Below the pieces are notes generated by a model. That model did no database searches, was not told the DNA's origin, and saw only the letters and a list, made by a program, of their open reading frames with translations. The position numbers were made by a program, and so were the translations under genes. A DNA stretch of 64,000 nucleotides from an uncultured Actinomycetes bacterium (GTDB taxonomy: Bacteria > Actinomycetota > UBA4738 > HRBIN12), in the NCBI GenBank assembly GCA_963697875.1, contig OY969099.1, positions 2,915,061 to 2,979,060 of the forward strand. The letters are read 5' to 3'. Shown one piece after another: positions 9,421 through 20,026 of the stretch (within the stretch, counting starts at the first letter, position 1; each line of letters starts with the position of its first letter).

Positions 9421-9650
9421 AGACGGGCGTGGGTTACGTCGAGGCGCCACGGCTGGAACCGAGCCGCGTCGGGCGTCGGAAGACGAGCTGGCCCACGTCG
9501 GCCACGCGCTCGCCCGCCTGACGGTCATGATCTCCGTGGTCGGTACTTTCGTCGGCCGACAGTTCGCGGCTGAACCGGTCGCGGCCGTGCTCCTCGAAGC
9601 GGCCGAGACTCGTGCCGGACGGGAACCCCCGAGGCCGCCGTCGGGCCCGC

Positions 9651-10175
9651 TCACGAGTTCTTGGTGGCCTTCCAGGAGCCGCCGGTCGCGTTGCTGACCG
9701 TGTACGAGCCGGACATCGAGTTGCCGGAGACCGTGCCTGAATAGGTGATCGCCGTCGAGCCCACGGTGCCGAATTGGATGGTGTCGCCCGACACCGTACC
9801 GTTGATGTCCGGGCTCCCGTCAGACGAGAGATCGATCGTGCCGCTCAGCGCCGACCCGGACTGTTGCCAGGTAAGGGTGAACGTCCCGCTGAACGTGCCG
9901 CTGTAGTTCCCCGACCATGTCCCCGATAGATCGGAGCCCGAGGCGTTCGAGGCCGGTGCGCTCGAGGTCGGGGCGGACGAGGTGGGGACGGCGGCGGCGC
10001 TCGTCGTGCTCGGCTCCGTCGGGCTCGAACTGCTGCACGCGGCGGCCGACAATGCCAGTGCAGTCAGGAGGGCGACGGACAAAAGGCCAGAGGAAAGAGG
10101 TAACTGGCGGGATCCTTGGCGGGGGGTATCACCCCTCAGCGGCTCGTTCCGGCTCGGGGCACGGTGTCGTCGCAC
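9651..10175 (-). CDS. lipoprotein of unknown function with Ser/Gly/Thr-rich beta repeats
   Basis: The lipobox is LALSAAAC. The mature part has repeated SGT.SG motifs (LSGTWSGNYSGTFSGTFTLTW...). The GTG 10175 start is inferred and uncertain. Confidence 0.6.
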   Translation of the reverse strand: MRRHRAPSRNEPLRGDTPRQGSRQLPLSSGLLSVALLTALALSAAACSSSSPTEPSTTSAAAVPTSSAPTSSAPASNASGSDLSGTWSGNYSGTFSGTFTLTWQQSGSALSGTIDLSSDGSPDINGTVSGDTIQFGTVGSTAITYSGTVSGNSMSGSYTVSNATGGSWKATKNS

Positions 10176-10586
10176 GTTGATGGTCCTTTCTATCCGTGGG
10201 AAACCACGATCTGCTGTGCCGAGCGTACGGACCCCTTGCCCGAAGCGCAACGCGGCCGCGGCGCGGCGGGGGGCCGGCCGTCGGTCACCCGCCGGCGGCG
10301 ACGGAGCCCGCGGCTCCTCGATCGGGTACTGACCGGCGGCGCGGTCCTTCAACGAGGACCCGTCGCAGACGGAGGACGGTGAACACGACGACGACAGTCT
10401 CTCGAGCCGGGCCTTGGCTGGACCTGGGGCCGACGGCGCTCGGGTCGCCGATTCCTGCCCTTCGCCACTCTCTCCCTCCCGGCCCATTCTTGGTGCGTGG
10501 CTAACACTTGCTTCGCGGTGTCTTGTACCTCGTCGTCATAGCGTCATCGCGTCGGTCCCGCGCCCATGCGCGGCAAGGAGGATCTG

Positions 10587-10913
10587 ATGAACAAGAGATC
10601 CGCGCTCCTGACGGCGAGTGGCCTCGCGGCGTCGTTCGTCGCCGGGGCTGCCGCGTTCTCGGTCAACTGGGGTCTCGGCTCGGCGAACGGAAGCACGGTC
10701 GCCGCGAACCAGGACGCCGGGGTGAAGCCGATCGTGAAGCACCGCACGATCGTGGTGCACCGAAAGGCGCCGGCCAGCGCCGCGGGTGCGCGGCCGCAGA
10801 CCGTCGTCCTGCCCGCTCCGGCACCTGCGCACTCGACCGTGGTAACGACCACGGGAGGGAGCGCTACAGCCGGAGGCGAGCACGAAGACGAGACCGAGGG
10901 CGGCGACGATTGA
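10587..10913 (+). CDS. small secreted or membrane-anchored protein, first gene of the ApbE operon
   Basis: An AAGGAGG site lies 6 nt upstream of ATG 10587. The N-terminal hydrophobic segment is ALLTASGLAASFVAGAAAF. The C-terminus is acidic and preceded by TTTGGSATAGG. Confidence 0.65.
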   Translation: MNKRSALLTASGLAASFVAGAAAFSVNWGLGSANGSTVAANQDAGVKPIVKHRTIVVHRKAPASAAGARPQTVVLPAPAPAHSTVVTTTGGSATAGGEHEDETEGGDD

Positions 10914-11236
10914 TGGCCGAGACGCCGCGACGCAAGCTCAAGAGGGCGAGCCGGCGGCAGGTGCGTGCATGGGCGTGGATCGTCGGGACGTTCAGCGTCT
11001 TCGCACCCTGGACGCTCTTCGGCATCTCCCCGCGCCCGGCCGCGAACGCCGCCACAGCGTCACCGAACCCCTCGGCCCGGGCGGCGAAACGGCCGGTCGT
11101 CGTGGTCGTCACCAAGAAGATCGTGATCGGCGCGGCCTCGTCTTCGACGACCGTGAGCAGCCCACCGGTCAACTACGTCTACGCCCCGGCGTCGTCGGCC
11201 CCGGCGACCGTCTCGTGCGGCACACACCCGTGCTGA
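10913..11236 (+). CDS. small single-pass membrane protein of unknown function
   Basis: The ATG overlaps the upstream stop (TGATG). The N-terminus is basic, followed by the transmembrane segment VRAWAWIVGTFSVFAPWTLF. The C-terminus is CGTHPC. Confidence 0.55.
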   Translation: MAETPRRKLKRASRRQVRAWAWIVGTFSVFAPWTLFGISPRPAANAATASPNPSARAAKRPVVVVVTKKIVIGAASSSTTVSSPPVNYVYAPASSAPATVSCGTHPC

Positions 11237-11247
11237 GGAGGATCGCG

Positions 11248-12201
11248 ATGGAGCCCACGAGGTACGAGTTCACGTCGATGGGAACCCTGATCCGGCTGAT
11301 CGCCGCGCCCGGGAGCGACCCGGTCATCGTGGAGCGGGCAGAGCGAGCGATCCAGCGCGTCTTCGCACGTGAGGACGTCCGGTTCTCGCGGTTCCGCCCG
11401 AACAGCGAACTGTGTCGCGTCAATGCGTCGGCGGGCCGATGGACGCGGGTGTCGCGTCCGTTCGCAGCCCTCACCGCGTCGTCGCTGCGAGCTGCCCGTG
11501 AGACGAACGGCCTGTTCGACCCGACAGTCCTTCCCGCCCTGCTCGCTGCCGGATACGACCGGGACTTCCCCGAGGTCATCGCACGCGGCGAGGAGGAGGA
11601 CGAGGAGCTCGCCTCGATCCGGCGAGACTTCAGGGCGCTGATGTCCAAGAACACCACCGTTTGCGGCGCCTGGCGCGACGTGGAACTGGACGGGACGCGG
11701 CTCCGCCTGCCGGAGGGCGTGGCGCTCGACTTCGGGGGGATCGCGAAGGGCTGGACGGTGGACCTGGTGGCGCCTTGGTTGGAGCGACTCCCATGGGCCG
11801 TCGTGGACGCGGGAGGGGATCTCCGACTGGTCGGCAGCCCGCCCGAGGGCGTGGTCGAGATCGGCGTGGAGGATCCGGAGGATCGCGGGGCGGAAGCGCT
11901 GCGCCTGCGACTCGACTCGGGCGCGCTCGCGACGTCGTCGGTCACCGTTCGTGCGTGGGGTCAGGGCCAACACCACATCATCGACCCGCGCACGTCCCTG
12001 CCGGCGGCGACCAGCGTGGTGCAGGCCACCGTCTGGCGCAGGACGTGCACCGAAGCCGAGATCTGGTCGAAAGCGGCGCTCCTTCGCGGGCCCGAGGTGC
12101 TCGACCAGATCGCGGGCTGCCTGGTCATGAGCTCGGGGGAGGTCGTCACCAACCTGGCGCAAGCTCCCGATGACCGGGCGTTGGAGCGGATGCCTGCATG
12201 A
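11248..12201 (+). CDS. apbE: FAD:protein FMN transferase (ApbE family)
   Basis: A GGAGG site precedes ATG 11248. ApbE-like blocks are FSRFRPNSEL, GLFDPTV, LDFGGIAKGW, VDAGGDLRL and HHIIDPRT. Confidence 0.85.
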   Translation: MEPTRYEFTSMGTLIRLIAAPGSDPVIVERAERAIQRVFAREDVRFSRFRPNSELCRVNASAGRWTRVSRPFAALTASSLRAARETNGLFDPTVLPALLAAGYDRDFPEVIARGEEEDEELASIRRDFRALMSKNTTVCGAWRDVELDGTRLRLPEGVALDFGGIAKGWTVDLVAPWLERLPWAVVDAGGDLRLVGSPPEGVVEIGVEDPEDRGAEALRLRLDSGALATSSVTVRAWGQGQHHIIDPRTSLPAATSVVQATVWRRTCTEAEIWSKAALLRGPEVLDQIAGCLVMSSGEVVTNLAQAPDDRALERMPA

Positions 12202-12836
12202 TCACGTGGAACCTGCTCCGTGCCGCTGGGATCGGCGCCTACCTCATGTTGTGGGCGTCGGTGACGTGGGGCCTCGTCGCAACGACGTCGATCTTCGGCA
12301 AGCGGGTCCCGAAGGCAACCAGCGTCGCCTTGCACCAGGCCTTCTCGACCGTGGGTGTGCTGTTGCTGGCGACGCACCTCGGATTCCTGCTGGTCGACCG
12401 GTTCATGCCCTTCTCGCCGCTCGACCTGTTGATCCCGATGCGCGCCACCTATCGGCCGCTGGGGGTGGCCTTCGGCATCGGTGGGATGTTCGCGATGGTG
12501 ATCGTCCTGCTTTCGTCGTGGGGACGGAAGCTGATCGGGACGGGCTGGTGGCGACGGCTCCACGCGCTCTCGGTGCCGGCGTTCTCGCTGGCTCTGCTCC
12601 ACGGCTTCATGACGGGGACGGATACCCCCAGGCCCCCGATGTTCTGGTTCTACCTGACCACGACCGCGATCCTGCTCTTCCTCGTCCTCGCGCGAGCGTT
12701 CACCGTCGGTCTACGCACCCGTCGGGCGCCGACACGCGAGACGGCGGCCGCCCCTGCCGCGCGGAGCCGGAGTGTGCCCGTCTGCCCGAGCGAGCCCGTG
12801 CGCCGGCGCGAGTTGGTCGGCGTCCCGATCGACTGA
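12198..12836 (+). CDS. ferric-reductase-like / MsrQ-like transmembrane (heme b type) domain protein
   Basis: It overlaps apbE by ATGA. It has about six transmembrane helices with conserved His in TM helices (ALHQAFS, LLATHLG, RRLHALS, LLHGF). Confidence 0.75.
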   Translation: MITWNLLRAAGIGAYLMLWASVTWGLVATTSIFGKRVPKATSVALHQAFSTVGVLLLATHLGFLLVDRFMPFSPLDLLIPMRATYRPLGVAFGIGGMFAMVIVLLSSWGRKLIGTGWWRRLHALSVPAFSLALLHGFMTGTDTPRPPMFWFYLTTTAILLFLVLARAFTVGLRTRRAPTRETAAAPAARSRSVPVCPSEPVRRRELVGVPID

Positions 12837-12840
12837 GGCT

Positions 12841-13650
12841 CTAGGTGTCGACCGCCTTGGCCGCGCGGTCGGCGCGTTTGCGCTCCGTCTTGGCCTCGTC
12901 GGCGAGCCGCTTCGCCTCGGCTTCGGCCTCGCGGGCCTGCGTCACCGCCCGGTCCGCGCGCGCCTTGAGCTCCGCGGCTCGATCGGCCGCCTTGCCCGCC
13001 GCGCGTTCTGCAGCCGCCGCCCGCTGGGCCGCCGCCCGTGCTTCCCGGGCACGTTCGCGGGCCTCGGCCTCACGATCCTTCGGAGCGGGTGCCTCGGACC
13101 CGCCCGCCCCGCCAGTAAGCAGCTCGAAGCCCTCGATCACGCCGAACCCGGCCGTCGGGCGGGCCTCGCGTTCGACCAGCCCGTCTCGCAGCTTGGCGCC
13201 GAGCTCGCCGTCGATCGAGGCGGCGTCGAGGGTGCCGGCGATGGCGTCGCGATGCGCCGCACCGCGATCCCCGAGCACGTCGACCGCCATCTCGGTCAAC
13301 ACCAGGATCAACGCGCGCCGCTCATCGGTCGCGCGGCGGAGCTCCTCCGCTCCCGAGCCCGTCAGCGCCTTGCGCTGGGCCCGCTGAAGGGCGCTGCCCG
13401 CCTCGAGCAGCGCGGCGACCTCGTCGCCTCGATCCCGCGCAACGACGTTGACGGCCCAGGCGACCACGCTCGGTCTGCGGAGCTTCCGCACCTCCGCGGC
13501 CTCATCGTCACGGCCGGCCGCCTTCAGCTCGTCGACGAGCCGGTCCCGTGCCGCGACGAACCCGTCGGGTGGGACGGCGAACAGCTCGCGAACGGCTTCG
13601 TCGCTCAGAACCCCTCCTCGTACTCGTCGTCGGTCACTGGGTCGCCCCAT
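12841..13650 (-). CDS. hypothetical protein with an Ala/Arg/Glu/Lys-rich C-terminal coiled-coil tail
   Basis: The ORF is long and has coding-like GC3. The conserved-looking N-terminus is LSDEAVRELFAVPPDGFVAARDRLVDELKAAG. The start is uncertain. ATG 13650 would overlap the upstream cupin gene by 46 nt. A CTG at 13608 would give a CTGA overlap instead. Confidence 0.6.
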   Translation of the reverse strand: MGRPSDRRRVRGGVLSDEAVRELFAVPPDGFVAARDRLVDELKAAGRDDEAAEVRKLRRPSVVAWAVNVVARDRGDEVAALLEAGSALQRAQRKALTGSGAEELRRATDERRALILVLTEMAVDVLGDRGAAHRDAIAGTLDAASIDGELGAKLRDGLVEREARPTAGFGVIEGFELLTGGAGGSEAPAPKDREAEARERAREARAAAQRAAAAERAAGKAADRAAELKARADRAVTQAREAEAEAKRLADEAKTERKRADRAAKAVDT

Positions 13651-13991
13651 TCGGGTGCGCCGCCGCCGTTGATCGCGACGTGCACCAACGGCGCATCGGG
13701 AGCACCTGCGTGGAAGTGCCACTCATCGGGGCCGACGTGGATCACGTCGCCCGGGTCGAGGACCGTGCCGGCCTCTCCCCGCGTTCGCACCCGTCCGCGG
13801 CCGCTCACTCCGTACAGGAACTGCCCGCCGGGATGGCGGTGCCAGTGGGTCCGAGCCGCGGGCGAGAAGTGCACGACGCCCACATTCGTGCCGTCGGCCG
13901 CGGTCAGGGTCGCGCGGAGCCAGACCTCTCCGCTGAACCGCCCGTGATCGCCGCGCTCGAACGTCCCTTCGGCAGCCTTCGAAGTGTCCAT
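13605..13991 (-). CDS. cupin domain protein
   Basis: Cupin motifs are HWHRHPGGQFLYGVSG and GDVIHVGPDEWHFHGA-like. The real gene is only the last 128 aa of ORF 13605..15359. Confidence 0.8.
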   Translation of the reverse strand: MDTSKAAEGTFERGDHGRFSGEVWLRATLTAADGTNVGVVHFSPAARTHWHRHPGGQFLYGVSGRGRVRTRGEAGTVLDPGDVIHVGPDEWHFHAGAPDAPLVHVAINGGGAPEWGDPVTDDEYEEGF

Positions 13992-14060
13992 GATGGGAGG
14001 GTACGCAGGGTCGGCGCGGGGGTCCATCTGCGACGATAGGGATCCGGGGAGGTGTGTCCG

Positions 14061-15452
<1,392 letters not shown>

Positions 15453-15455
15453 GGG

Positions 15456-16241
15456 TCAGTCGGCGAGGGTGACGATCACCGGCGCATGATCGCTCGGCTT
15501 GCCCTCGCCGGCAAGCGGCCGACGTTCGTTCCGGTCCACCACCACGCCCTGAAGCCGCGCCGCGACGGGTTCGGTGCCGAGCACGAGATCCAGCCGGAGC
15601 CCCCACCCCTTGTGGAACGCGCCCGCCGTGTAATCCCAGAAGGTGAACGGCGCCTGCCCGCCCCCGGCGGCGGCGCGACCGAGGTCCACCAGCCCCCAGT
15701 CGAAGAGCGCGAGGAGCCGCTCGCGCTCGGGCTCGCTCGCCAGGTTCTGGTCTCTCCAGAGGTCGGCGTCCCACACATCGCGGTCGTCGGGCGTCACGTT
15801 GAAGTCGCCGCAGACGACGAGCGGCCGCGCCGGATCGGCGGTCTGCGCCAGCCACGCTCGTAGGGCGTCGTACCACGCGAGCTTCGTCTCGTACGCGGGG
15901 TCCCCGACGGCCTTGCCGTTGACCGCGTAGACACAGACCACGCCGAGATCGCCCACCCGGGCGGAGACGACGCGCGACTGTTCCGCCACAGGGTCGCCGT
16001 CGAAGCCTCGCACCGCGTCGTCGATCGCGCCCTTGGCCAGGATCGCCACGCCGTTGCGGCCGCGCTGGCCGAACGGGACCGCACCGTAGCCGGCACCCAC
16101 GACCTGTTCCAGCGGGAAGACATCGTCCTCGACCTTCGTCTCCTGCAAGCAGATCACGTCGGGCTCGTACCGCTCGAGCATCGCCAGCAGGCGCGGAAGC
16201 CGCTGCCGGATCGAGTTCACGTTCCAGGTGATGATCTTCAC
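15456..16241 (-). CDS. xthA: exodeoxyribonuclease III
   Basis: Motifs are VKIITWNVNSIRQRL, ICLQETK, VVCGDFNV and SDHAPV. The GTG start overlaps the leuS stop (GTGA). Confidence 0.9.
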   Translation of the reverse strand: MKIITWNVNSIRQRLPRLLAMLERYEPDVICLQETKVEDDVFPLEQVVGAGYGAVPFGQRGRNGVAILAKGAIDDAVRGFDGDPVAEQSRVVSARVGDLGVVCVYAVNGKAVGDPAYETKLAWYDALRAWLAQTADPARPLVVCGDFNVTPDDRDVWDADLWRDQNLASEPERERLLALFDWGLVDLGRAAAGGGQAPFTFWDYTAGAFHKGWGLRLDLVLGTEPVAARLQGVVVDRNERRPLAGEGKPSDHAPVIVTLAD

Positions 16242-18572
16242 GCCGGGAGCATACGGACCTCGGTGACCAGGTTGATCAGGCGATCCGGGACGTGGACGAC
16301 CCGCGCCGGCGATCGGCCGTCGAGGTGGCGCCGAACCTTGTCGCTGGAGAGGGCGGCCTCGAGGGCCTCCTGCTCGCCGAGTCCGGCGGGCACCTCGATC
16401 CGGTCCCGAACGCGGTCGTCGACCTGGACCACCAGCGTGACCGTGTCTCGCTCGAGCGCGGACGGATCGACCGGCGGCCACGGCTGCGTGTGCACCGAGT
16501 ACGGCCGCCCGAGTCGCTCCCAGAGCTCCTCCGCCAGGTGCGGAGCGAACGGCGCGAACAGGAGCGTCACCGTTGTCGCCGCGCGGTCCCACTCCTCAGC
16601 AGACATACCCTCCGTGACGTCGCCGACCCACCGGACGGTTTCCATCAACGCCGCGATCGCGGTGTTGAACCGCAGGCGCTCCAGATCACGGCCGATCCGG
16701 TCGACCGCGCGGTCCAGCGCCCGCAGGTCGACTCCACCCGGACCGTCCGGCGACGGTCCCGTCACCAGGCGCCATGCGCGCGCGATGAGCCGCTCGATCC
16801 CGGCGATCCCGGCGTCGGTGAAGTCGCCGCCCTCCTGCCAGTCGCCGCAGAACAGCAGGTACATCCGCAACGCGTCCGCCCCGACCCGCTCCACGTAGGT
16901 GTCGGGGTTGACGACGTTGCCGCGGCTCTTGCTCATCTTCGCCCCGTCCTTCACCAGGAGCCCGTGCAACAACAGGTGCGGGAACGGCTCCTCGAACGGC
17001 ACGAGCCCCAGGTCGTGCAGGGCCATCGTTACGAACCGCGCGTAGAGGTGGTGACGCACGACGTGCTCGCGCCCGCCCGCGTAGACGTCGACGGGCAGCA
17101 CCCGAGCCGTGATCTCGGGATCCCAGGGGCGCTGGTCATCGTCGCTGGAGGGGTAGCGAAGGAAATACCAGGCCGAGTCGACGAAGGTGTCGGACACGTC
17201 GGTCTCGCGGCGGGCCGGCCCCCCGCAGGCCGAGCACCGGACGCCGACGAAGTCCTCGGCGGCGGCCAGCGGGGCCGTGCCCGTTCCGGTCGGCCGGAAG
17301 TCCTCGACGTAGGGCAGCAGGACGGGCAGTTCGTCCTCCGGCACCGCCTGGGGCCCGCAAGCCGGACAATGCACGATCGGGATCGGCGGACCCCAGTACC
17401 GCTGTCGCGAGATCAGCCAGTCGTGCAGCCGGTACCGGGTCGAGCGACGACCGCCCCCCGCGCGTTGCAGCCGATCCGCGATCGCCTCGCGAGCCTGCAT
17501 CGACCAGAGACCATCGAACTCCGCCGAGGATCGCAGTCGTCCTTCGCCGGCGAAGGGCAGCTCCTCGCCGTCGCCGACGACCCGAAGGACGGGCAGCCCG
17601 GCGGCGCGAGCGAACGCGAAGTCCCGCGCGTCGTGCGCGGGCACCCCCATCACCGCGCCGGTGCCGTAGGCGGACACGACGTGCTCCGCGACCAGGATGG
17701 GGATCTCGGCGCCGGTAAGCGGGTGGATCGCACGCTCCCCCGTCGGTTCTCCCGGCGCCGCCCCCGCCGCGAGGTGCCCGTCCGGCGCGACCACCAGGAA
17801 GGTGACGCCGAACAGCGTGTCGACACGCGTGGTGAAGACCGACACGAGGCGGTCGCTCCCCGCCACGCGGAAGTCGACCTCGACGCCCTCGGACCGGCCG
17901 ATCCATGCGCGCTGGAGGGTCTTCGAGACCTCGGGCCAATCGAGGTCCGCCAGCCCGTCGACCAGTCGGTCCGCGTAGGCGGTGATCTTCAGGAACCACT
18001 GCAGCATCCGTCGCTCGGTGACCGGGGTTCCGCAGCGCTCACAGCGGTCGCCCTCGACCTGCTCGTAGGCCAGCACGGTCAGGCACGACGGACACCAGAC
18101 GACTGCGGCCTCCTTGCGTTCCATCAGCCCGGCGCGGAACAACTTCACGAGGATCCACTGCGTCCAGCGGTAGTACGAGGGGTCGCTCGTCACGATCTCG
18201 TGCTCCCAATCCCAGGCGGCGCCGAGGCGGCGGAGCTGGCCGCGGTAGTCCTCGATCGTCTGCCGGGTGAGCTCCACAGGGTGCCGTCCGACCTTGAGCG
18301 CGTAGTTCTCCGTGTGGATCCCGAACGCGTCGAACCCCATCGGTTGGAAGACGTCCTCGCCGCGCATGCGCCGGTACCTGCCGTACGTGTCCGCTCCCGA
18401 ATACGTGTACGCGTGCCCGACGTGCAGCCCTTCGGCCGACGGGTAGGGGAACTCGACCAAGTTGTAGAAGACCGCGGTCCGCGCTCGAGAGATCGACGCG
18501 GCCGGGAGGATCCGACGCCCAGCGTGCCTGCCATCTGGCCTCGATGTCCTTGTGGTCGTACGTCTCGGTCAT
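16238..18572 (-). CDS. leuS: leucine--tRNA ligase, with an apparent +1 frame break near the 5' end
   Basis: The main frame reads ...FYNLVEFPYPSAEGLHVGH (HIGH motif) and has KMSKS. The conserved N-terminus MTETYDHKDIEARWQARW sits in a different frame and starts at ATG 18572, downstream of GGGAG. The span is 2335 nt, which is 3n+1. Confidence 0.9.
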
Positions 18573-18952
18573 CCACCGCTCCCGATCCGGAAACGAACGA
18601 CCCCTCGCCGGGCGGCAAGGGGTCTGGGCGAGCACCGGTCGGTGCTCGCGCTACGCGAGGAGGAGGCCCGTGAAGAAGCGCTCGTGCTCCATGCCCGCGA
18701 TGGTGGCAGACGTGGCGGCTCCGGTCAACGTGCGGAGCCCTGGTCGGCCGGACCGGCCTTGCCCCGAGCCGGATTGCGCGCTAAGGTCGGAGCCGCTTCG
18801 ACGACCGACCGACCCGAGGAGGTGACCGGATGACTGCGAGCCAGGTGGTCATCGCGTCGCGCCCCGGTTCCGGTCGATCGCTCGTTTCCTGATCGCACCC
18901 ACCGAACCTTCGGCGCGACGGCGTCGTCCACCGTCCGGCCGGAGGTTCTCCC

Positions 18953-19327
18953 ATGTCGCGCGACCAACGCCGCCAACAGCGGCGCCATGAACCAAGCTCG
19001 TTCCGATGTCGCAACTGTCGACTCGACGTGCCGACCCTTGCCCTCGGCACGGCCCACCGGAACCACTGCCCCAACTGCTTGTGGAGCCGGCACGTCGACC
19101 GGCAGAGCCCTGGCGACCGCGCGGCCGACTGTGCCTCGCTGATGGAACCGATCGCCGTCAGCGTCCGCGGCGACGGCGAGTGGGTGCTCGTGCATCGCTG
19201 CACGGGTTGCGACGTGCTTCGATTGAACCGGACCGCCGGCGACGACAACCCGTTGATGCTGCTTCGGCTCGCGGTCAGGCCGCTGTCTCAGCCGCCCTTC
19301 CCGCTCGAGCGGATCGGCGAGCTGTGA
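18953..19327 (+). CDS. RNHCP domain protein (Cys-rich zinc-binding protein of unknown function)
   Basis: The motif GTAHRNHCPNCLWSRHVD is present, with additional pairs CRNC and CTGC. Confidence 0.75.
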   Translation: MSRDQRRQQRRHEPSSFRCRNCRLDVPTLALGTAHRNHCPNCLWSRHVDRQSPGDRAADCASLMEPIAVSVRGDGEWVLVHRCTGCDVLRLNRTAGDDNPLMLLRLAVRPLSQPPFPLERIGEL

Positions 19328-19333
19328 CCTCGC

Positions 19334-19688
19334 CTACATCGGGCTGACGAGCTGGAAGTAGTTGTCGTCGGGGTCGGCGAAGGTCGCGATCTGCATCTGC
19401 CCCTCGTCACCCGGGTTGTACGGCTCCTGGACGACGGTCGCTCCGGCGGCCTTGAATCGCTCGAAGTCGCCCTTCACGTCGGAGGTCTCGATGTTCCAGA
19501 TGATGCGGGCCGGGCGCGCTGTTCTTCCCCTTGACCTGATCGTGCGGGCCGACGGTGACGTACCCCGAGCCGATCTGCCACCCCGTGTAGCCGGAGTCCT
19601 CCATACCCGGCTCGCCGAAGATCTTCGCGTAGTAGTCGGTCAGCCGCTTCGGATCCTCGGACCCGATGAGGATGCTGTTCAGGTTCAC
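19334..19688 (-). pseudogene. VOC / glyoxalase-family protein interrupted by a single extra base (or a sequencing error)
   Basis: The N-terminal half MNLNSILIGSEDPKRLTDYYAKIFG...GKNSAPG is in one frame. The C-terminal half RIIWNIETSDVKGDFERFKAAGATVVQEPYNPG...FQLVSPM* is in the +1 frame. The junction lies in GC runs at about 19505-19516. The span is 355 nt, which is 3n+1. Confidence 0.75.
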
Positions 19689-19754
19689 CGTGTCTCCTCC
19701 TTTTCCGCTCCTGCGGACGTCGTCTTCCCCTTCGACGTCACGGGCCCGAGAAAC

Positions 19755-19985
19755 TCATCGGTCGGCCGCGAGCTCGAGCCATCTCGCTCCACCGAGCCCG
19801 ACGCGCGTCTTCCCCTCCACCTCGGTCAGCACGAAGAGCACGGCCTCGCAGTGGCAGCAGCGCACCACGACGCCGGGGGCGTGCATGTAGACGTGCTCCG
19901 CCCCGAACGGCTCGATCCGGCCGCATCCTCCGCACGCCGTGCGTGCGGCGGTCATGTCCGCGACGAAGACCTCGCTCAAGCGCAC
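19755..19985 (-). CDS. DUF6510-like small Cys-rich protein
   Basis: It is 76 aa with CGGCG...CCHCE pairs. It sits directly downstream of the FNR-like gene, an arrangement I recall from actinobacterial genomes. Confidence 0.6.
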   Translation of the reverse strand: MRLSEVFVADMTAARTACGGCGRIEPFGAEHVYMHAPGVVVRCCHCEAVLFVLTEVEGKTRVGLGGARWLELAADR

Positions 19986-20026
19986 CCGCCGCGGCGTTGC
20001 CGTCGACCCTCATCTCTCGCCTCCAT

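Noticed and set aside
16292-18673. A 793-aa plus-strand ORF antisense to leuS. Similar long antisense ORFs occur at 51947..54391, 4391..6286, 38885..40960, 13605..15359 (N-terminal part), 23998..25635, 26460..27932, 57580..59460 and 60236..61759.
   Set aside because: They have no recognisable motifs and biased Arg/Gly/Pro/Asp composition. Each lies opposite a gene with strong family signatures. They are high-GC shadow ORFs.
18573-18952. The 380-bp leuS / RNHCP intergenic region. It has a perfect hairpin GCGAGCACC-GGTC-GGTGCTCGC (18628-18649) and a GAGGAGGAGG site followed by a GTG-initiated 51-codon ORF.
   Set aside because: There are no T-box-like specifier or antiterminator features. The GTG is only 3 nt from the Shine-Dalgarno-like run, and the peptide is Arg/Pro-rich. 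I noted it but cannot support it as a feature.
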